A stretch of 64,000 nt of DNA from Octopus bimaculoides (taxonomy: Eukaryota), in NCBI RefSeq assembly GCF_001194135.2, contig NC_068981.1, forward strand, positions 25,164,138 through 25,228,137, in the 5' to 3' direction. This document shows positions 63,405-64,000 of this stretch, one piece after another (the first letter of the stretch is position 1; every line of letters starts with the position of its first letter). The notes beneath the pieces are model-generated. The model worked only from the letters and a program-made list of their open reading frames with translations, was not told the DNA's origin and made no database searches. The translations under genes were made by a program, and so were the position numbers.

Positions 63405-64000
63405 CCATAAAGCAATATACAGTGTCCAGAACTTTTATTATTTATATGTAATAGCAGCCAAGATAATGGTTTTGCTAACTGCAAATTCGTATTTATACAT
63501 CTGATGCGGTAGATCTTGGCACATATACAAAAACTATCCTTGAAGTCTCACAATTGCTGTACATTCGTTTGAAATCTCATGAGCTGTGATTTGAGGAATG
63601 TTAAGATTTTTCTATAAAGACGGAACTGATTACTACAAACAAACAATGCGTTGGCGCCGCTTTGTTTGTATCCATGGTTGTTTTTGTCAAGTACATACAA
63701 ATTAACGAATATCCTGCATATTTTTCACTGATTTGATATGATTCATCGTTATATATTAGTGTTTTCGGTATCACAAACAACAAAATATATCCGAGTTATT
63801 TTCACCTTCACTAGGCTTTCTCGAAAAATAAGAGAAACAAAAATGGTCTTGTCTCAAATGGGCTTGTATCAAATATATCAAACTTTGTGCCAATGCACGA
63901 AACTCTCGGACCTTGAGTCAACCTGTTACTCCTGGGAAATATTAATAAAAATATACATATACTCATATTTTGATTTCTACTTTTCCTGTTTGCATCACCT

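Overview
This is AT-rich, microsatellite-dense eukaryotic DNA with 13 N-gaps. It is most likely octopus/cephalopod, an inference from the SINE types, the R4/Dong LINEs and the IL-17 array; no database search was run. The only host genes I can support are three tandem, same-strand (+) IL-17-like cytokine genes about 11-13 kb apart. The ORF track shows only their second exons. In the DNA each gene has a hidden 15-nt first coding exon (MKSFQ 27755-27769, MKITK 38801-38815, MKKIS 51531-51545) in a taATGAAG context, followed by GTAAGTA. A phase-0 intron of about 3-4 kb leads to a CAG/TAG acceptor that opens directly onto the signal-peptide h-region. Predicted proteins are 171, 175 and 182 aa. Each has an odd number of cysteines (9, 11, 11) around a 10-Cys consensus, and paralog similarity differs by region. 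The rest of the window is mobile-element debris: about ten degenerate R4/Dong-clade (RLE-type) non-LTR retrotransposon pieces, many stacked in (TAA)n tracts; Penelope-like RT fragments; hairpin and hammerhead-like remnants; a Tc1/mariner fragment; MITE/HINE-like elements; and many copies of at least two tRNA-derived SINE families. No rRNA, genuine tRNA or CRISPR was found.
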